Shown here one piece after another: positions 56,472 to 64,000 of a DNA stretch of 64,000 bases; position 1 is the first letter of the stretch; the number at the start of each line of letters is the position of its first letter. Location of the stretch: assembly GCF_009914755.1 (NCBI RefSeq), contig NC_060933.1. One strand, 5' to 3'. A program made the translations under genes and the position numbers. This stretch comes from the human T2T-CHM13v2.0 reference genome, Homo sapiens. The notes under the pieces are model-generated. The model was not told where the DNA came from. It searched no databases and worked only from the letters and a program-made list of their open reading frames with translations.

Positions 56472-57880
56472 CCAGTGGGTGTGGCTGGGTCCAGCCTCCA
56501 GATCTGGCCCGCACGATGCCTTGCAGGATGGACAGGATGACAGACAGGGACGAAGCAGAGACCTCTACAGACCCAAGTCACCAAGTGGAGCCTTTTTTTT
56601 TCTTATTTTAATTTTAATGAACAAGGTGGACCAAAGGGCTGAACCAGCCCCTCAACCAGGACCCTGGGGGGCCTGCTGCCTGGGGGCCGTGGCCAGAGAC
56701 CCTCGCTGTGCTGCTGCCAGCCCCTGGCTGGGCAGAAAGTGCCCTCGGCATGGGCACCTGGGTGTGGGGTGGAGGAGGAGGGCTCGCGCCTCTGGTCTCG
56801 GGGCCAGGAATTCCAGGTGGCGTGAGAAGTACACACTATTTATTTTTTGGTTTTGTCAGAGGCAGGCAGGATTTTGGAGCTGGAAGAATCTGCTCTCCGG
56901 TGGCTGCCCTGTGAACAGAGGGCTCCCGGTCAGCTTCCCAGGCCCTTCGCCCTATGCCCAGAGGGCAGACTGCCTCTCCCTGGGCCGGGGTGGCCTGGGT
57001 GCCAGGAGGAGGGGAGCATACCCCACACCCTCCCTGCCACCGTTGCCGTTCCAGAACCTCGGTCAGTGTTTCCCTGTCTGGGGGCAGGGCCCAGAGCGAG
57101 CACGCGTCTGGCGGCTGCTGTCGTTGTGTTCTACCCCGTACTGACCCAACACCACAAGGGCTTTCTCTGGTCCCCTGTCCCTAAGACAATAATCGCTTTC
57201 TGACAAAGGAGCCTGCACATTTGGGTGAGCAGACCCAAGCTGTTTACAGCTCTTTCTTGTCCTGCCATCCAGTAGCAGTTAGTCTTCATCCCCACGTGAA
57301 CAAAATGGGAAGGAGCCGTGAGGAGAGGAGTGAGGCAACAGGCACCCGAAGTCCCTCGTCCTTCCCTCTGTGTGCTCTGAATATGTCCTTGTCCTTCCTG
57401 ACCCATCTCTGACCAGCTGGGAACCTGCTTGGGGTCCCCCTCAAACCTGTGTCTGGGGTGTGGGCTCACAGATCCCTATCAGCCTGGTTCGTGGGAGGGC
57501 TCTTCCTAAAGGGACCCCCATCTCTAAGTCACTCTGAAAGGGAGTTGTGGAGAGGAGACGCCTCCAGACTCTCAGAAGTTTTGAGGACTGAACTGGGTCA
57601 CTCGGGATCTGTGTTCGAATCCTCCCCACCCCTTTCTTTGTGGAGTTTCCTAACCTGCTGCTGAAGCACAATGTTTTGGTGCTTTCTTTTCTCATTTGTT
57701 AAAGGCAGTGTCCAAAAGCCATTCCAGATGCCAAGACCAGGGGCTTATTTCTAGGGAAGGTAGGTCGGTTTCCATGTTTCCCTCCCGTTATTTTTATTTT
57801 TTACTTTTTGCCTGAGACAAGCCGAGTATGAGGTGGTTTGATTTAAGAAAAATCAATGAAATTGTTTACTACTGTTTTAA

Positions 57881-57886
57881 AATAAA
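57881..57886 (+). terminator. DOLPP1 polyadenylation signal
   Basis: AATAAA at the end of an AT-rich distal 3' UTR, ~1.4 kb after the stop. Confidence 0.85.
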
Positions 57887-58300
57887 ACCGTAAACTCTGG
57901 CAGCTTGAGCACTTGCTGATTGAGCTCAGGAGAGGAGATTGGGGCAGCTGTGGGGACACATGACCCTTAGGGGCAAGGATACGGTGAAGACCATAAAACC
58001 AGAAGTGATCTAGTCCCTTCTAGCCCACAGCAGGGGTCTGAATGACCTCTGCGGCATTTCCTGTCAGGGTCTGTCCAGCTTCTGATTACATCCCTCCAGG
58101 GGACCTCACTGAGGGCCACCATACCAAACCTGGACACTCTCAGCCTTAGGAAGTTTTCCTCTTTTCACTGTCAGTCTCCCTCCCTGTGTGGCGCTGGCCC
58201 TCCTCTCACTGAGCCTTGTTCCTCCTCTGTGGGACAGCCTTGAGGACTCAGGGGCAGCCAGTGTGCCCTTCAGAGTGTGCCAGGATAAACATCTCCACTT

Positions 58301-60287
<1,987 letters not shown>

Positions 60288-62273
60288 TTTATTACTCATT
60301 CAAATGTCAAATGATGCATTGCTCAAGATATACCAATTCAGAAGAGCTTTTTTTCACTCATTTTGCAAAAACGAATCACGTTTTTCGTCTGCATCACTGG
60401 CGCGAGTTTGGTCACCCCTGGAGCCCCCTCTGGGTCAGCTGAGCCTGCTCTCCTGGTGCCGCTGTCTTGGCTATGCTAGCCTTTAAGCAGCGCCTGTAGG
60501 ATTTCATGCACAGCACTAGCTCTAGAAATTTCATTCCAAGCCACAAGTGCCCCCTGGCACAACGTTAAGCGCTGGTTTATCCCGACATCCAACACTTGAA
60601 AGTGTGAGGTCTCAGGAATTACCCCTAAGGAAGAACGGCGAAATCTTGTTTCTTTGCCTTTTTCCCCCACAAAGGACCTCTAGGGATTCCCTCTCACCAT
60701 GACTGAGGTTGCTCAGATGCTGAATGCGCCCTCCCTGAACAATACTTGGTGGCTCCAAGGAATTGAGGGGGCTTCCATGTGATGAGGCCTGTAATGCCAC
60801 CACCCTAAGGGGATGCCCCTCAATTCAGAAGGATAATTCTGGGGGAAAAAAAATCCAACCTTATATTCAGACCTGTAGGGTTCTTAGGCGAGTTTTGGGA
60901 ATCCAGGGTGTCTGTCTGGCAGCCTCTTGACTGTTCGCTCTCCCCTCCCTGTCCTGCCTGGGCTGGCTGCAGGCCCACTCCTGGCTGCTCATGCAGCACT
61001 CTGCCCTGCTGTGTACCCTGTTTCCTAGCGGTTCTAGTCACCCCCAGAGGGAGCACCCTGTTGTGTAGCGAGGAGCAGAGTCCGGGTGCTGGTCCAGGTG
61101 ACATTCTCTTCCAGGCCTGCGTGTTCCCCCCAGAGGCATCCCTTTCTCTGCCTCCATCCATTTCCTCCATTGTCTGGGCTACACCTCCTGTGCCCTTGGG
61201 GCACTGGGCAAGTGGCTGCCCTCTCCTGCTGAGTACACCACCAATGGTCAGGCCTGGCAGGTCCCTGCGCCTGATTAGAGCTCAGGCTCAGCCCAGCCTC
61301 CCTCTTTACCCGCTTCCTTGTGGTCCTGAGGCTGGGCCGGTTTCCACCCATAGCATCCCTTTCTCCACCCCCTGCTGCGGGACACCTAGGTGGATGTGGC
61401 CTGGGGCTGGGGACCTGGCTCTAGGGAGGGGCTTCTTGGAGCCCCGGCCTAGAGGAGACAAGTGTGGCCTCTGTGAATCCTGCTCTGCCATTTAGCGTCC
61501 CGGTGACCTTAACCTCGCTAAGCCTGCTTCCTCATCTGACAAACGGAGAAAACCAAAGGCCCCACTCTCGGATGACTGTCCCAGCTTAGTCAGGTCACAG
61601 AGCCCTTCACTCACAGGCCAGCCAACCTCCCCCAGCCCACCCCGGCATCCGCCCTTGTGGTTTCACACAGGCCTTCCTCACAGGCCAGTGTCCTAATGGG
61701 AGACTCTCCCCTCTCCACAAACTGCACGCTTGGTTTTGCCAGGATGCCCTGCCTCAGCCATGGACACGGGGCTATGGGCAGGTATGTGGTTCTGCTCTGA
61801 TCGCACCTGCCCACCCCCGAAGGTGTCTGTCCTGGCAGCGGCTGGGCCTGGGGCAAGCTGAGCCTGCTGCTGTACTCCTACTTTTGCTGGGCTCAGTTGG
61901 GGGAAGTAGAATGACACCCTGGGCCCCTGGGTATTAGCAACATTCATCAGCCCACCAGACCTGGGCCTGCTGGGCCCCACAGTCCCCTGGGAGAGTTGCC
62001 CCTACCCACAACCCATGGGACTTGGGAAGGCCCAAGCCAGAGGCAGGTGGGAAGCTGCTGGTGAAGGACGCAGCCCTGGCTCTGGTATGGTTCTGGGCCC
62101 AGTGCCCCAAGGTCACAGCTGGACCTTGGCTCCTGGGCCAAAGCCCTCAGGCCCACCGGCTGCTTGGACACCAGCTCCGAGGCCCAGGGAAAGCTGAAGA
62201 GGGCAAGGCCAGGTGCCTGCCCCCACCCTGCCTGCCTCTCAGCTGAAACACCTCTTCACCAACACAATTCCCC

Positions 62274-62279
62274 TTTATT
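62274..62279 (-). terminator. CRAT polyadenylation signal
   Basis: tttatt on + = AATAAA on -, ~580 nt past the CRAT stop. Confidence 0.85.
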
Positions 62280-62743
62280 GATGACCTTCCACATTAATAT
62301 CATACAGCAGGGCGGGGGCAGGAACCAAGCTGAGTGGAACCAGAGGCGGCTCGCTAGCAATGTTATCCACAGGAGCACAGCCGCAACGGAGGTGAAACCT
62401 CACACCCTGGCCCCTCGGCCCCAGACAATCCTGTCTCCAGGTCCTGGGAGTTTGGGAAGCAGGGTACAGATGGTGGCCTGGTCATGGAGTTGGCAGGGAG
62501 TGGCCGGGGCTGAGCTGGTGAGACAAAGAGCTCTTGCCAGTCTCCTGCTCTGGAGGGCTGGTTCCCTTCCCCAGAGGAGGCACCGGTGGAGGACGTGCCA
62601 GGGGCCCGGGCCTAACGTCCTGCTCAGCCTCTGCACTCAGCCCCAGGTCGGGCCCTGGCAGGTGCTGGGATGACCCACGGAAGGCACTTGGCTGGGGCCT
62701 GCAGGCCCCCTGGAGGATGCGGTCCGTGGCTCAGTAGATTTGG

Positions 62744-62785
62744 GGGGACCAGGGAAGAGGGAACCAAGGAAGAGGGAACCAAGGA
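62744..62785. repeat. 15-bp tandem repeat (~3 copies) in the CRAT 3' UTR
   Basis: ggggaccagggaaga / gggaaccaaggaaga / gggaaccaagga. Confidence 0.8.
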
Positions 62786-62857
62786 GCTGAGCCCTGGTGG
62801 GTGGCCCATCCTAGGGTGGGCTTGGCTGTGGCATTGGCAGGCCTGAGTCCTAGGGGC

Positions 62858-63073
62858 TCAGAGCTTGGCCCGGGGGTGGCTCTGCAGCAGGGCACGCATG
62901 TCCAGGAGCGCCTTCTCCAGGTAATGCGCCAGGCGGGCGGCGTTGGTCTCCGCGCAGCTGTTGTAGGCCGACAGGGAGAAGTTGATGTGGGCCTCCATGG
63001 GGTTATAGCAGACACCGTAGCCGTCGGGGACCACGGGCCCGAAGAACATGACACAGTCTGTCTTGGCAGGGAC
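62858..63073 (-). CDS. CRAT: Carnitine O-acetyltransferase, last coding exon (ends in PTS1 -AKL)
   Basis: VPAKTDCVMFFGPVVPDGYGVCYNPMEAHINFSLSAYNSCAETNAARLAHYLEKALLDMRALLQSHPRAKL*; carnitine acyltransferase FGPV..DGYGVCY motif; acceptor AG at 63074-63075 (minus). Confidence 0.96.
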   Translation of the reverse strand, partial: VPAKTDCVMFFGPVVPDGYGVCYNPMEAHINFSLSAYNSCAETNAARLAHYLEKALLDMRALLQSHPRAKL

Positions 63074-63458
63074 CTGGGGACGGCAGGATGAAAGCTCTCA
63101 GCTCCCCTACCTTGACGCCCCCAGCACTTCCCAGGCTGCCTGTGCTTCCGCCAAGACTGCAGGCCCCTTGTGGGCAGGGATCATGGTCTGTCCCCTGCTA
63201 TATCCCAGCAACCACTACAGGCTGGCACGAATCAAATGTTCCTTTATACCTGACCAGTGAGTCAGCGAAGCTGATTCTCCCATGAGGAGCACTGACCCCT
63301 TCTCAGCCTGCCTGGGCTGCAGAGAGGCCCCTGCCCCCAGCTCCTCCTCTGGAACTCAGCTGTGTTGGCAATGGGTCAGTGGGGCCTGTGTAGGCCACAT
63401 CAAACTACCAGTGGGTTCTCTGCCTCCAGCCCCCGGGGCACCTGGGGCAGTGGCCCAC

Positions 63459-63596
63459 CTGGCTGGTGGAGAGGTGGAAGTGCATGGCGATGGCGTAGGA
63501 GGTGTCCATGAAGATGTCGGGCATGCTCACCAGGTCCTCGATGGCCTGCAGCTTCAGGCCCAGCAGGTGTCGATCAAAGGCCTCCCCGCGGATGGC
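63459..63596 (-). CDS. CRAT: Carnitine O-acetyltransferase, penultimate exon (gene continues beyond the window)
   Basis: AIRGEAFDRHLLGLKLQAIEDLVSMPDIFMDTSYAIAMHFHLSTSQ with DRHL and LSTSQ motifs; 138 nt with AG/GT borders on minus. Confidence 0.95.
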
Positions 63597-64000
63597 CTGT
63601 TGGGGTGGGAGAGCTGTCAGGAGCAGGGGCTGTGGACCCCCGGGGTATCCCTGCCCTCTTCAGCCTGTGGCAGCGCCACCCTTCGCAGGCACTGGCCACT
63701 CAAAACCACAAGACCAGAGTATTCTGGCCAGAGAGAGCCTTCGTTTCACAGATGGGGAAACCAAGGCTCAGGGAGGGGCGGGGATTTGCCCAGGGAGGCA
63801 GGAAAGTGCAGGGTTGTAGGGCAGGGCCCTGGAGCTGGGTGACCTAGCCCCATCCTGGCTGCAGGGCCTTGGCAGGTTGCTTAGGTTCTGGAACTGTAGT
63901 GTCTTCATCTGTAAAGAGGGGTGAGTCCTACACTCCCCTCGCAGGGTGGCGGTGAGCTCTAAATGGACGTGTGCATGTAGCACGGTCAGAGCCTGGACAC

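Overview
Human (primate) genomic DNA, GC-rich and very Alu-dense, recognisable as the 9q34.11 MIGA2 (FAM73B) - DOLPP1 - CRAT region. Contents: (1) the complete MIGA2 gene on +, with a CpG-island promoter at ~3.85-4.85 kb, 15 coding exons 8058..37917 that I spliced by hand to 1782 nt = 593 aa + stop, and a poly(A) signal at 39519; (2) the complete DOLPP1 gene on +, with 8 coding exons 48596..56471 = 238 aa + stop and a poly(A) signal at 57881; (3) the last two coding exons and 3' UTR of CRAT on -, convergent with DOLPP1 and ending in the PTS1 tripeptide AKL. Other elements are dozens of Alus, a U6 retropseudogene, a THE1 solo LTR, and L1, Tigger2, MER33 and MER5A fragments. Most ORFs in the supplied track are Alu- or GC-content artefacts. 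Most notable observations: two alternative first-exon donors in MIGA2 that put the same exon-2 leader either into a spliced 31-aa uORF or into a 64-aa N-terminal extension; a ~245-bp inverted, CpG-decayed copy of MIGA2 intron 1 fused to a half-Alu upstream of the promoter; a fossil inversion in MIGA2 intron 6 shown by a split MER33/Tigger2 nest; and a stop-free, in-frame intron 5 in DOLPP1 that interrupts the catalytic motif. I see no evidence of a wholly new multi-gene system. Gene and repeat-family names come from recall, not database searches.
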